From the IMG/VR virus record IMGVR_UViG_2609459861_000001: a DNA stretch of 17,760 nucleotides, one strand, 5' to 3'. The DNA comes from a virus (lineage: Duplodnaviria > Heunggongvirae > Uroviricota > Caudoviricetes). The position numbers and the translations under genes were made by a program. The notes below the pieces were generated by a model, which worked only from the letters and a program-made list of their open reading frames with translations, had not been told where the DNA came from and searched no databases. Below are positions 1 through 8,085 of this stretch, one piece after another (positions within the stretch are counted from its first letter, which is position 1; each line of letters begins with the position of its first letter).

Positions 1-1032
1 TCAAAAACTTGCTATTGATGTTGGTAGTGTTGCCAGCGGATTAAACCGTAATGCAGTTTCCAGGTGATCCGGTGCCAGATGTGCGTAACGCATAGTCATT
101 TTTATATCGTGGTGTCCGAGAATTTTTTGTAAGGCCAGAATGTTTCCACCCGACATCATGAAGTGCGCCGCAAACGTATGGCGCAGAACGTGTGTCAGTT
201 GACCGCGAGGGAGCACGATAGACGTTTTTTCCATCACGGATAAAAATTGAAAATAGCAGTCTGTAAAGAAATTGAACCCATCAAGCGCCATGATCTCTTC
301 GTAAAGCTCTTTACTGATAGGGATGCTTCTGTTTTTCTTCCCCTTCGTTCTTACAAAGGTAATTCGGTATTTGGTCACCTGTGAGCGGGTAAGATTTACG
401 GCTTCACGCCAACGTGCGCCTGTGCTTAAGCATATCTTAACTACCAGTGCCAGAATTGGGTCCTGACGTTTGCAATCAGCCAGCAATTCAACAATCTGCT
501 CATGGGTAAGCCATGCCATCTCTTTTTCTGCGATGGTGAATTTTCGCATGTTCTCCAGTGGGTTCGGATACGACCATTCGCCCAGACGGGATAGTTCGCT
601 AAAAACACTACTTAGATAGCTTTGCTCCAGGTTAATGGTGACCGGGCTTGCTCCTTTCTTCCATTTCTCGCTGAAGTAGATCTCGCCTGTCAGGCGTTTA
701 TCTCGATAGTGGGCAAACATTTTAGAGGTGAGATCGGTTGCAAGAGGATTGCCCAGAGCGTCAACCATCAACAGCAATTTGTCATAGACATGCTGCCCAG
801 CTGTCAGAGATTTACCATGTAGTTTGAACCATAGTTCAACCACGTCTTTCAGTGTTCGACGATCCACTGATTCACCCAGCCAGGGCTTTGCTTCGGTTTC
901 TTCCATCGTGTGGCGCTCAAAAGCCAGAGCTTCGCCTTTGGTGGCGAATTGTTTACGCACACGACGCCCACTACGTCCGGCGGGGTAACATTCGCAAAGC
1001 CATTTTCCTGTGGTGAGTTTTCGTACTGCCAT
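1..1032 (-). CDS. int: P2/186-family tyrosine integrase
   Basis: Minus-strand ORF with stop at 1-3. Start chosen at ATG 1030-1032 (MAVRKLTTGKW..., like P2 Int MAIKKL...) with GGAGG about 11 nt upstream, rather than the track start at 1110. C-terminal region HxLRHT...Y (LRHTFAAH...MRYAHL) is typical of tyrosine recombinases. Confidence 0.85.
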   Translation of the reverse strand: MAVRKLTTGKWLCECYPAGRSGRRVRKQFATKGEALAFERHTMEETEAKPWLGESVDRRTLKDVVELWFKLHGKSLTAGQHVYDKLLLMVDALGNPLATDLTSKMFAHYRDKRLTGEIYFSEKWKKGASPVTINLEQSYLSSVFSELSRLGEWSYPNPLENMRKFTIAEKEMAWLTHEQIVELLADCKRQDPILALVVKICLSTGARWREAVNLTRSQVTKYRITFVRTKGKKNRSIPISKELYEEIMALDGFNFFTDCYFQFLSVMEKTSIVLPRGQLTHVLRHTFAAHFMMSGGNILALQKILGHHDIKMTMRYAHLAPDHLETALRFNPLATLPTSIASF

Positions 1033-1218
1033 AAAAAATGCCCTCCAATAGAGAGCATTTTTACTGTATGTATAACCAGTGTCAATGTATGAAATCTTGC
1101 GACCATACATCTCACTGAAGCCATAATGAAGTTGGCTATTTTTTGCTATGTGAGTATGTAACTTTTGCGGTTAGCCTGCGGCTCATTGTTATATTAGGCG
1201 CAGATATAAAAGCAAAGT

Positions 1219-1410
1219 TTATCGTGATTTTTTAGTACAGATTTTTTTGGATTTACTAATAGTTCCATCATTGCAAACAAATTTTCCATCGGAGGTACAG
1301 TGAGATACACCACCCTTTTTCCCAGAACAAGGATAATTTTTAGCATAGGTAGTTAGTGGGCTTAATAACAAAGAGCATGATAAAACCACAAAAAATACTT
1401 TACCAAGCAT
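1219..1410 (-). CDS. small secreted cysteine-rich, lysine-rich peptide (63 aa), moron between int and cI
   Basis: ATG at 1408-1410 preceded on the minus strand by a strong GGGAGGA Shine-Dalgarno. N-terminus [23 protein letters not shown] looks like a Sec signal peptide (AxA-type cleavage after TYA). Mature part has 4 Cys and many Lys. Lies 15 bp downstream of the cI stop in an A+T-rich stretch. Confidence 0.5.
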   Translation of the reverse strand: MLGKVFFVVLSCSLLLSPLTTYAKNYPCSGKKGGVSHCTSDGKFVCNDGTISKSKKICTKKSR

Positions 1411-1425
1411 AGTTTCCTCCCGGTA

Positions 1426-1995
1426 TTATCTAACATATTTAACTGTTAAACTTATAATTTTTCCAATTATTTCAACATCTTCTATCTTGCAGTCGAAGGC
1501 TCTGTTTCCACCTTCAACGAAGATTCTTCCACCGGGTAAACGAGTAATGTCGCGGATTGTTATCTCGCCATCAATACTTATTACCCATTTACCATCACGT
1601 ATATCATCAAATTCTTTATCACAAATAAATTCAGAATTGTTATCTGTGATGACAAAAGGTTTTTTAAACGTAGAGGGTAGAAATCCCTTATCAAAAATAT
1701 AAAAACCGTCTTCACGCAAGGCACCATCAGATAATACATATTTAGCAACTTCCATAGTATTTGTATTACCTGAAGTTTGCTTTGAACCATGTCCAGTTGT
1801 GAGCCAATTAAGCGAGGTGCCCGTTTCAAGGGCGCACTGGATTACCCATTCTGCTGGGAATGAGTCACGCATGTAGCGTGTGGCGAGTGTACTTTTAGAG
1901 ATTCCTAAATGATCGCACAACGCCTGTCGAGTTTTGAATCCATAAGCTTCTACCATGCGCTCTATAGCGCCTCGTCCGCCTTTCTCCAAATTCAT
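1426..1995 (-). CDS. cI: 186-type CI immunity repressor
   Basis: About 190 aa. Translation aligns by eye with phage 186 CI (EAYGF...CALETG..LNWLTTG; C-terminal LPGG...V.GG). Start taken at ATG 1993-1995 with GGAG upstream; the track start is a GTG at 1999-2001. Confidence 0.8.
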   Translation of the reverse strand: MNLEKGGRGAIERMVEAYGFKTRQALCDHLGISKSTLATRYMRDSFPAEWVIQCALETGTSLNWLTTGHGSKQTSGNTNTMEVAKYVLSDGALREDGFYIFDKGFLPSTFKKPFVITDNNSEFICDKEFDDIRDGKWVISIDGEITIRDITRLPGGRIFVEGGNRAFDCKIEDVEIIGKIISLTVKYVR

Positions 1996-2019
1996 GGTCA
2001 CTCCAAGTGAACTTTTATC

Positions 2020-2048
2020 TTGACGATTTCACTGTGCGATCGTATGTT
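2020..2048 (+). promoter_or_regulatory. candidate sigma70 early lytic promoter (pR-like) in the cI/apl switch region
   Basis: TTGACG (2020-2025), 17-nt spacer, TATGTT (2043-2048), directed toward apl-cII. Pattern match only. Confidence 0.35.
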
Positions 2049-2120
2049 TATGATGTTCACAAAATACAAACGATCCGTATTCGTCCTGATTAATCATCAT
2101 TAAACGAGGAATGTTGCATC

Positions 2121-2342
2121 ATGAGACCTAACATTTCAATCACTCTTACCACGCCTCATGTGACTATTGAACGCTATAGCGAGCTGACAGGGCTGTCCAT
2201 CGATACCATCAATGACATGTTGGCTGACGGACGCCTTATCCGTCACCGTCTGCGCAAAGATAAAAAACGCGAAAAAGTGATGATCAACATAGCAGCCATG
2301 ACCGTTGATGCGCTTTCAGAATGCAATCTAAACCTTAATTAG
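2121..2342 (+). CDS. apl: Apl/Cox-like excisionase and transcriptional regulator (small HTH protein)
   Basis: 73-aa ORF immediately right of cI and upstream of cII, matching the 186 apl position. GAGGA upstream of the ATG. Helix-turn-helix-like segment [21 protein letters not shown]. Confidence 0.6.
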   Translation: MRPNISITLTTPHVTIERYSELTGLSIDTINDMLADGRLIRHRLRKDKKREKVMINIAAMTVDALSECNLNLN

Positions 2343-2374
2343 TTCGATTCTGAAATACATCAGAGGCATTGACC

Positions 2375-2884
2375 ATGTTTGATTACCAAGTTTCCAAACA
2401 TCCACATTTTGATGAAGCCTGTCGTGCATTCGCACTGCGCCACAACCTGGTGCAACTGGCAGAACGTGCAGGCATGAATGTGCAGATTCTGCGGAACAAG
2501 CTGAACCCAGCTCAACCTCATTTATTAACCGCACCAGACATCTGGCTGCTTACCGATCTGACTGAGGACTCAACACTGGTAGATGGTTTTCTGGCACAGA
2601 TTCATTGTCTGCCATGTGTTCCGATTAATGAGGTGGCAAAAGAGAAACTGCCGCATTACGTCATGAGTGCAACTGCAGAGATAGGACGTGTCGCGGCAGG
2701 GGCGGTTTCTGGCGATGTAAAAACCAGTGCAGGCCGTCGTGATGCGATCAGCAGCATTAACTCTGTAACACGACTGATGGCGCTGGCTGCTGTTTCATTG
2801 CAGGCCCGTTTACAGGCTAATCCTGCGATGGCGAGTGCAGTTGATACCGTGACTGGCCTCGGTGCTTCATTCGGTTTGCTGTGA
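2375..2884 (+). CDS. cII: 186 CII-like lysogeny establishment activator
   Basis: 169 aa from ATG 2375. [20 protein letters not shown]...[11 protein letters not shown]...[26 protein letters not shown] closely matches recalled 186 CII. RBS CAGAGG 8 nt upstream. Confidence 0.8.
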   Translation: MFDYQVSKHPHFDEACRAFALRHNLVQLAERAGMNVQILRNKLNPAQPHLLTAPDIWLLTDLTEDSTLVDGFLAQIHCLPCVPINEVAKEKLPHYVMSATAEIGRVAAGAVSGDVKTSAGRRDAISSINSVTRLMALAAVSLQARLQANPAMASAVDTVTGLGASFGLL

Positions 2885-2891
2885 GGTGCTT

Positions 2892-3092
2892 ATGCTGACG
2901 AAAGAACCATCATTTGCATCGCTGCTGGTAAAACAAAGTCCGGCAATGCACTACGGTCACGGCTGGATCATGGGGGAGGATGGTAAACGCTGGCATCCGT
3001 GCCGTTCACAAGATGAATTGCTGGCAGAACTATCTACGAAAAAACGGGGGAACAAATGGCTATTGAAGGCGCTGCGGCGACTGTTCCATTAA
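2892..3092 (+). CDS. fil: Fil-like small protein (186 fil position)
   Basis: 66 aa from ATG 2892 with GAGGTG RBS at 2883-2888. Assignment is by position directly after cII, not by recognised sequence. Confidence 0.45.
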   Translation: MLTKEPSFASLLVKQSPAMHYGHGWIMGEDGKRWHPCRSQDELLAELSTKKRGNKWLLKALRRLFH

Positions 3093-3397
3093 GCCCCGGT
3101 GAACGCCTGAGTGGACTTAATCACATAGCGGAATTAAGGGCAAAAGTTTTTGGCCTGAATATTGAGTCAGAGCTTGAGCGGTTTATTAAAGATATGCGTG
3201 ATCCACGGGATATCAATAATGAACAAAATAAACGGGCACTGGCTGCTATATTCTTTATGGCAAAAATTCCGGCTGAACGTCATAGCATCAGCATTAATGA
3301 GCTGACCACTGACGAAAAGCGGGAGCTGATTAAAGCAATGAATCATTTTCGTGCAGTGGTGAGCTTATTTCCCAGACGGCTAACCATGCCGAATTAA
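3056..3397 (+). CDS. hypothetical phage early-region protein
   Basis: 113-aa ORF with GGGGG upstream, overlapping the end of the previous gene in another frame. Sits in the early operon between fil and the replication genes. No recognised motif. Confidence 0.5.
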   Translation: MAIEGAAATVPLSPGERLSGLNHIAELRAKVFGLNIESELERFIKDMRDPRDINNEQNKRALAAIFFMAKIPAERHSISINELTTDEKRELIKAMNHFRAVVSLFPRRLTMPN

Positions 3398-3464
3398 CCA
3401 ACTAATGAAATTAATGGCGTAAACCCGCCGGGCATCCCTTTATCTAAATTCAGGAGAATTGATT

Positions 3465-3698
3465 ATGCGTAATATTGAAACCCTCACGACTAAAACCGGA
3501 CCGGATGACGCAGGGCTTAATATTTTACTGACAGAGGCTCGTCTGGAAGAACGCCGGGCAAGGGCTGAAGCAATGGCAGCTCGCCTTGATCGCCTGGCGT
3601 GTCATATCACATCCCGCCAGCTAAACCACGTCGAAGCGGCAGAACTGCTGCGTGTGACCGCTGAAGCAATCCAGAACGAAGCGCAGGAGATCCACTAA
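3465..3698 (+). CDS. hypothetical phage early-region protein
   Basis: 77 aa from ATG 3465 with CAGGAGA RBS 7 nt upstream. Its stop overlaps the next start (TAATG). Confidence 0.5.
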   Translation: MRNIETLTTKTGPDDAGLNILLTEARLEERRARAEAMAARLDRLACHITSRQLNHVEAAELLRVTAEAIQNEAQEIH

Positions 3699-3925
3699 TG
3701 GCTGATGCAATGGATCTCGTACAGCAGCGCGTTGAAGAAGAACGCCAGCGCCATATCCGTGCTGCCCGTGCCAAAACACCGGGCGTGTCTCGCGTGCTTT
3801 GTATTGAATGTGAAGCGCCAATTCCGCCAGCACGCCGCCGCGCCATTCTAGGAGTGCAGCTTTGCATTACCTGCCAGGAAATCGCAGAGCTGAAAGGTAA
3901 ACATTACAACGGAGGTGCTGTATGA
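3698..3925 (+). CDS. TraR/DksA-family C4 zinc-finger protein
   Basis: 75 aa with CIEC...(17)...CITC spacing (C-x2-C-x17-C-x2-C), typical of phage TraR-like proteins. CAGGAGA RBS. Confidence 0.7.
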   Translation: MADAMDLVQQRVEEERQRHIRAARAKTPGVSRVLCIECEAPIPPARRRAILGVQLCITCQEIAELKGKHYNGGAV

Positions 3926-4779
3926 GCACCATCCTGAAATGGGCGGGAAATAAAACCGCCATTATGTCCGAACTGAAAAAATACCTTCCTGCTGGCCCGC
4001 GACTGGTTGAACCTTTCGCGGGTTCTTGTGCTGTGATGATGGCGACGGATTACCCCAGCTATCTGGTTGCGGATATTAATCCTGATTTAATCAACCTCTA
4101 TAAAAAGATTGCCGCTGATTGCGAAGCGTTTATATCTCGTGCCAGAGTTTTATTTGAGGAAGCAAACAGTGAGCTGGCTTATTACAACATAAGACAGGAG
4201 TTTAATTACTCAACTGAAATTACTGATTTCATGAAGGCGATATATTTCCTGTATCTCAATCGTCACGGTTACCGTGGTTTATGTCGCTATAACAAGAGCG
4301 GGCATTTCAACATTCCCTACGGTAATTATAAAAATCCGTATTTCCCTGAAAAAGAAATTCGCGCATTTGCAGAGAAAGCCCCGCGGGCAACGTTTATCTG
4401 CGCGAGCTTTGATGAAACGCTGGCGATGTTGAAGGCGCGGGATGTGGTGTATTGCGATCCGCCTTATGACGGTACGTTTTCCGGCTATCACACTGATGGT
4501 TTCACTGAAGATGACCAGTATCACCTGGCATCCGTTCTTGAACATCGAGCATCTGAAGGACATCCGGTCATTGTTTCTAACAGTGACACATCCCTGATCC
4601 GTTCGCTGTATCGCAATTTCACTCACCACTACATCAAGGCAAAACGCAGCATCGGCGTGTCGGCTGGCGAGAGTAAATCTGCAACAGAAATCATTGCTGT
4701 TTCCGGGGCGCGCTGCTGGGTGGGATTTGATCCTTCGCGTGGCGTGGATAGTTCTGCTGTGTACGAGGTGCGTGTATGA
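3922..4779 (+). CDS. dam: Dam-family N6-adenine DNA methyltransferase (likely GATC-specific)
   Basis: 285 aa. [11 protein letters not shown] (motif I, compare E. coli Dam LVEPFVGAGSV) and VVYCDPPY (motif IV DPPY). GGAGGTG RBS. Stop overlaps the gpA start (ATGA). Confidence 0.8.
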   Translation: MSTILKWAGNKTAIMSELKKYLPAGPRLVEPFAGSCAVMMATDYPSYLVADINPDLINLYKKIAADCEAFISRARVLFEEANSELAYYNIRQEFNYSTEITDFMKAIYFLYLNRHGYRGLCRYNKSGHFNIPYGNYKNPYFPEKEIRAFAEKAPRATFICASFDETLAMLKARDVVYCDPPYDGTFSGYHTDGFTEDDQYHLASVLEHRASEGHPVIVSNSDTSLIRSLYRNFTHHYIKAKRSIGVSAGESKSATEIIAVSGARCWVGFDPSRGVDSSAVYEVRV

Positions 4780-7190
4780 GTCATGCCGATATGAGCGACT
4801 CTAGCGGCTTTAACGAGGCCGCTGCAGCATTTTCATGGAACGGCCCGAAAAAGGCCATTAACCCTTATCTGGACCCGGCGGAAGTTGCGCCGGTTTCTGC
4901 GCTTTCAAACCTGATCACTCTGTACGCTACCGATAACGAGCAGGAACAACTGCGCCGCGAGGCACTGAGTGATCAGGTCTGGGAGCGTTATTTCTTTAAT
5001 GAATCCCGTGATCCTGTCCAGCGCGAAATGGAGCAGGATAAGCTCATTAGCCGGGCAAAGTTGGCGCATGAGCAGCAGCGTTTTAACCCGGACATGGTCA
5101 TTCTGGCAGACGTCAGCGCCCAGCCCTCCCATATCAGCAAGCCGCTGATGCAACGTATTGAATACTTCAGCAGCCTGGGCAGGCCAAAGGCTTATTCCCG
5201 CTATTTACGTGAGACGATTAAGCCATGTCTGGAACGACTGGAGCATGTACGCGACAGCCAGCTATCTGCATCTTTTCGTTTTATGGCAAGCCATGTAGGG
5301 CTGGACGGCCTGCTGATTCTGCCTGAAATGAGTCAGGATCAGGTGAAACGCCTGTCTACCCTTGTCGCTGCGCATATGAGCATGTGCCTTGACGCAGCTT
5401 GTGGTGATTTGTATGCCACCGATGACGTTAAGCCAGAAGAAATCCGCAAGACATGGGAAAAGGTGGCAGCGGAAACCCTGCGTCTGGATGTCATCCCGCC
5501 TGCGTTTGAGCAACTCCGTCGGAAAAGAAACCGCCGTAAACCCGTGCCCTATGAACTCATTCCGGGTTCGCTGGCGCGTATGTTGTGCGCCGACTGGTGG
5601 TACCGGAAATTATGGAAAATGCGTTGCGAATGGCGGGAAGAGCAGTTGCGTGCTGTCTGCCTGGTCAGCAAAAAAGCATCTCCCTATGTCAGCTATGAAG
5701 CCGTGATGCATAAACGTGAGCAGCGCCGCAAGTCACTGGAGTTTTTCCGTTCTCATGAACTGGTGAACGAAGAGGGCGACACGCTGGATATGGAAGACGT
5801 GGTAAACGCCAGCAGCAGCAACCCGGCGCACCGCCGCAATGAGATGATGGCCTGTGTTAAAGGTCTGGAGCTTATCGCGGAAATGCGCGGTGACTGCGCC
5901 GTTTTCTACACCATTACCTGTCCGTCACGTTTCCATTCTACGCTCAATAACGGCAGACCAAACCCAACCTGGACAAATGCGACGGTAAGACAAAGCAGCG
6001 ATTATCTGGTCGGCATGTTTGCTGCATTTCGTAAGGCGATGCACAAAGCCGGGTTGCGCTGGTATGGCGTGCGGGTGGCTGAGCCGCATCATGACGGTAC
6101 AGTTCACTGGCACCTGTTGTGTTTCATGCGCAAAAAAGACCGCCGCGCCATTACTGCATTGTTGCGTAAGTTTGCCATCCGTGAAGACCGCGAGGAACTG
6201 GGTAATAACACTGGTCCACGCTTTAAATCTGAGCTGATAAACCCGCGCAAAGGTACGCCAACAAGCTACATCGCGAAATACATCAGTAAGAACATTGACG
6301 GGCGTGGTCTGGCTGGCGAGATCAGCAAGGAAACGGGTAAATCCCTGCGTGATAACGCTGAATACGTTAATGCCTGGGCGTCTCTGCATCGTGTTCAGCA
6401 ATTCCGCTTCTTTGGCATTCCGGGGCGTCAGGCTTACCGTGAACTGCGATTGCTGGCTGGTCAGGCGGCAAGGCAGCAGGGTGACAAAAAAGTAGGTGCG
6501 CCGGTACTGGATAACCCGCGCCTTGATGCAATCCTGGCTGCTGCTGATGCTGGTTGTTTTGCCACCTACATCATGAAGCAGGGCGGCGTACTGGTTCCCC
6601 GCAAATATCACCTCATCAGAACTGCTTATGAAATCAACGAAGAGCCGACCGCCTATGGCGATCACGGTATTCGTATTTATGGCATCTGGTCACCCATTGC
6701 AGAGGGCAAGATCTGCACTCATGCGGTGAAGTGGAAAATGGTTCGTAAGGCCGTTGACGTTCAGGAGGCGGCAGCCGACCAGGGCGCTTGCGCCCCTTGG
6801 ACTCGTGGCAATAACTGTCCCCTTGCTGAAAATTTGAACCAACAGGAGAAAGATAAATCAGCTGATGGGGACCCCAGAACGGACATTACCAGCATGGATG
6901 ACAAGGAGTTGCACGATTACCTGCACAGTATGAACAAAAAAGAGCGCCGGGAACTGGCTGCAAGGTTACGCCTGGTGAAACCGAAACGGCGTAAAGACTA
7001 CAAACAGCGAATTACAGACCATCAGCGACTGCAGCTCGTGTATGAGCTGAAGTCCAGAGGATTTGATGGCAGCGAGAAAGAGGTCGATTTACTCCTTCGC
7101 GGAGGCAGTATTCCGTCAGGAGCAGGCCTGCGTATCTTCTATCGGAACCAGCGTTTGCAAGAAGATGATCAGTGGCGGAACCTGTATTAA
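4776..7190 (+). CDS. P2 gpA / 186 RepA-type rolling-circle replication initiation endonuclease
   Basis: 804 aa. HWHLLCF and YIAKYISK (paired active-site tyrosines) are characteristic of the P2 A protein family. GAGGTG RBS. Confidence 0.85.
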   Translation: MSHADMSDSSGFNEAAAAFSWNGPKKAINPYLDPAEVAPVSALSNLITLYATDNEQEQLRREALSDQVWERYFFNESRDPVQREMEQDKLISRAKLAHEQQRFNPDMVILADVSAQPSHISKPLMQRIEYFSSLGRPKAYSRYLRETIKPCLERLEHVRDSQLSASFRFMASHVGLDGLLILPEMSQDQVKRLSTLVAAHMSMCLDAACGDLYATDDVKPEEIRKTWEKVAAETLRLDVIPPAFEQLRRKRNRRKPVPYELIPGSLARMLCADWWYRKLWKMRCEWREEQLRAVCLVSKKASPYVSYEAVMHKREQRRKSLEFFRSHELVNEEGDTLDMEDVVNASSSNPAHRRNEMMACVKGLELIAEMRGDCAVFYTITCPSRFHSTLNNGRPNPTWTNATVRQSSDYLVGMFAAFRKAMHKAGLRWYGVRVAEPHHDGTVHWHLLCFMRKKDRRAITALLRKFAIREDREELGNNTGPRFKSELINPRKGTPTSYIAKYISKNIDGRGLAGEISKETGKSLRDNAEYVNAWASLHRVQQFRFFGIPGRQAYRELRLLAGQAARQQGDKKVGAPVLDNPRLDAILAAADAGCFATYIMKQGGVLVPRKYHLIRTAYEINEEPTAYGDHGIRIYGIWSPIAEGKICTHAVKWKMVRKAVDVQEAAADQGACAPWTRGNNCPLAENLNQQEKDKSADGDPRTDITSMDDKELHDYLHSMNKKERRELAARLRLVKPKRRKDYKQRITDHQRLQLVYELKSRGFDGSEKEVDLLLRGGSIPSGAGLRIFYRNQRLQEDDQWRNLY

Positions 7191-7282
7191 TTACGCGGGT
7201 TAACAATTCGTGCTCTTTATAATACCAGGCATATCAGGCTGATGAACGTAAAAAAACGTTTTACATCAGTAAGATTATTATA

Positions 7283-7302
7283 TACTGTAAATATAAACAG
7301 TG
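7283..7302. promoter_or_regulatory. LexA (SOS) box
   Basis: TACTGTAAATATAAACAGTG matches CTGT-N8-ACAG with an AT-rich spacer. It lies about 40 bp upstream of the small ORF and DinI/Tum-like gene. Confidence 0.6.
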
Positions 7303-7343
7303 GTTATGCGTACAGTATTGCGTGTGGTGTCATAGGAGGAAAG

Positions 7344-7532
7344 ATGCAGGACTATTTTTTGGAGTCTTTGAAGCTCCAGCGCATTGATTTTTTTCTTAAG
7401 CTTGTAGCGGCTAGTGAGTGTAGTGATGAAGAGAAGGGGCTGGCTCTGCAGTGGGTTTCTGAATTGACTGATGAACTCATGGCAAAAATCAGAACCCACG
7501 AATACAACCGCTCAATGGATGTCATCAGCTGA
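7344..7532 (+). CDS. small hypothetical protein, first ORF downstream of the LexA box
   Basis: 62 aa from ATG 7344 with AGGAGGA RBS at 7334-7340. The longer track ORF starting at 7242 would begin upstream of the LexA box. Overlaps the 5' part of the next ORF's extended frame. Confidence 0.4.
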   Translation: MQDYFLESLKLQRIDFFLKLVAASECSDEEKGLALQWVSELTDELMAKIRTHEYNRSMDVIS

Positions 7533-7542
7533 GGTGACTTTT

Positions 7543-7776
7543 ATGCGCATTGAAATAATGATCGATAAAGAGCAGAAGATTAGCCAGTCTACCCTGGACG
7601 CCCTTGAATCCGAGCTTTACCGCAATCTGCGCCCCCTGTATCCCAAAACGGTAATTCGCATTCGCAAAGGTAGCTCTAACGGTGTGGAACTAACCGGACT
7701 GCAACTGGACGAAGAAAGAAAACAAGTGATGAAAATTATGCAGAAGGTGTGGGAAGACGACAGCTGGCTGCATTAA
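7543..7776 (+). CDS. DinI-family protein (Tum-like SOS-inducible antirepressor candidate)
   Basis: 77 aa from ATG 7543 with GAGGTG RBS. MRIEIMIDK...LDALESEL.R...P......R......L.G...E....I..I.Q.VWEDDSW aligns by eye with E. coli DinI (MRIEVTIAK...IDALAGELSRR...QETWESADDW). Confidence 0.7.
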   Translation: MRIEIMIDKEQKISQSTLDALESELYRNLRPLYPKTVIRIRKGSSNGVELTGLQLDEERKQVMKIMQKVWEDDSWLH

Positions 7777-7911
7777 GAAACGTTGCTGGCGTCTGAACTT
7801 GCTTCTGGCGTCAGCAAGGTTGAACAACGAGCCCTTGCGAGGCGTTAGCTCTGTAGTGCATGTCTATGCCGCATGAGATCGCATGATCGTTTGAGGATCG
7901 TTTTTGCTAAG

Positions 7912-7936
7912 GCCCGCCAGAACTGGCGGGCTTTTG
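7912..7936 (+). terminator. rho-independent terminator ending the early operon
   Basis: GC-rich hairpin GCCCGCCAG/CTGGCGGGC followed by TTTTG. Confidence 0.55.
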
Positions 7937-7980
7937 CGTAGATCATGCAGGTGCATGAAAACCACTACATAAAGCGGGCA

Positions 7981-7999
7981 GGCGTGGCGGGGATACGAG
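7981..7999. other. cos-like sequence (candidate cohesive-end site)
   Basis: GGCGTGGCGGGGATACGAG matches the first 13 nt of the 186 cohesive end as I recall it (GGCGTGGCGGGGAAAGCAT; P2 GGCGAGGCGGGGAAAGCAC), then diverges. Position between the early operon and the portal gene fits the 186/P2 map. Confidence 0.3.
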
Positions 8000-8085
8000 C
8001 GCGCGCAACTCGAGATAGTGTGATACTTATCTGAGAAATCTTAACAAGGTTCAATACAATACCCTTTCAAAAAAAGGGGAGTGTG

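Noticed and set aside
1033-1110. N-terminal extension of the integrase ORF (track start at 1110, MYGRKISYID...)
   Set aside because: The internal ATG at 1030-1032 has a GGAGG ribosome-binding site and gives an N-terminus resembling P2 Int; the extension has neither.
4279-4629. 116-aa minus-strand ORF inside the Dam-like gene
   Set aside because: Antisense shadow within a gene that has clear methyltransferase motifs.
5925-6665. 246-aa minus-strand ORF inside the replication gene
   Set aside because: Lies entirely antisense within the well-supported gpA coding region, with no start context or recognisable motif; treated as a shadow ORF.
7797-7817. Hairpin CTTGCT...AGCAAG just after the DinI-like gene
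   Set aside because: Short stem with no following T-tract; the stronger GC hairpin plus T-run at 7912-7936 is the more likely terminator.
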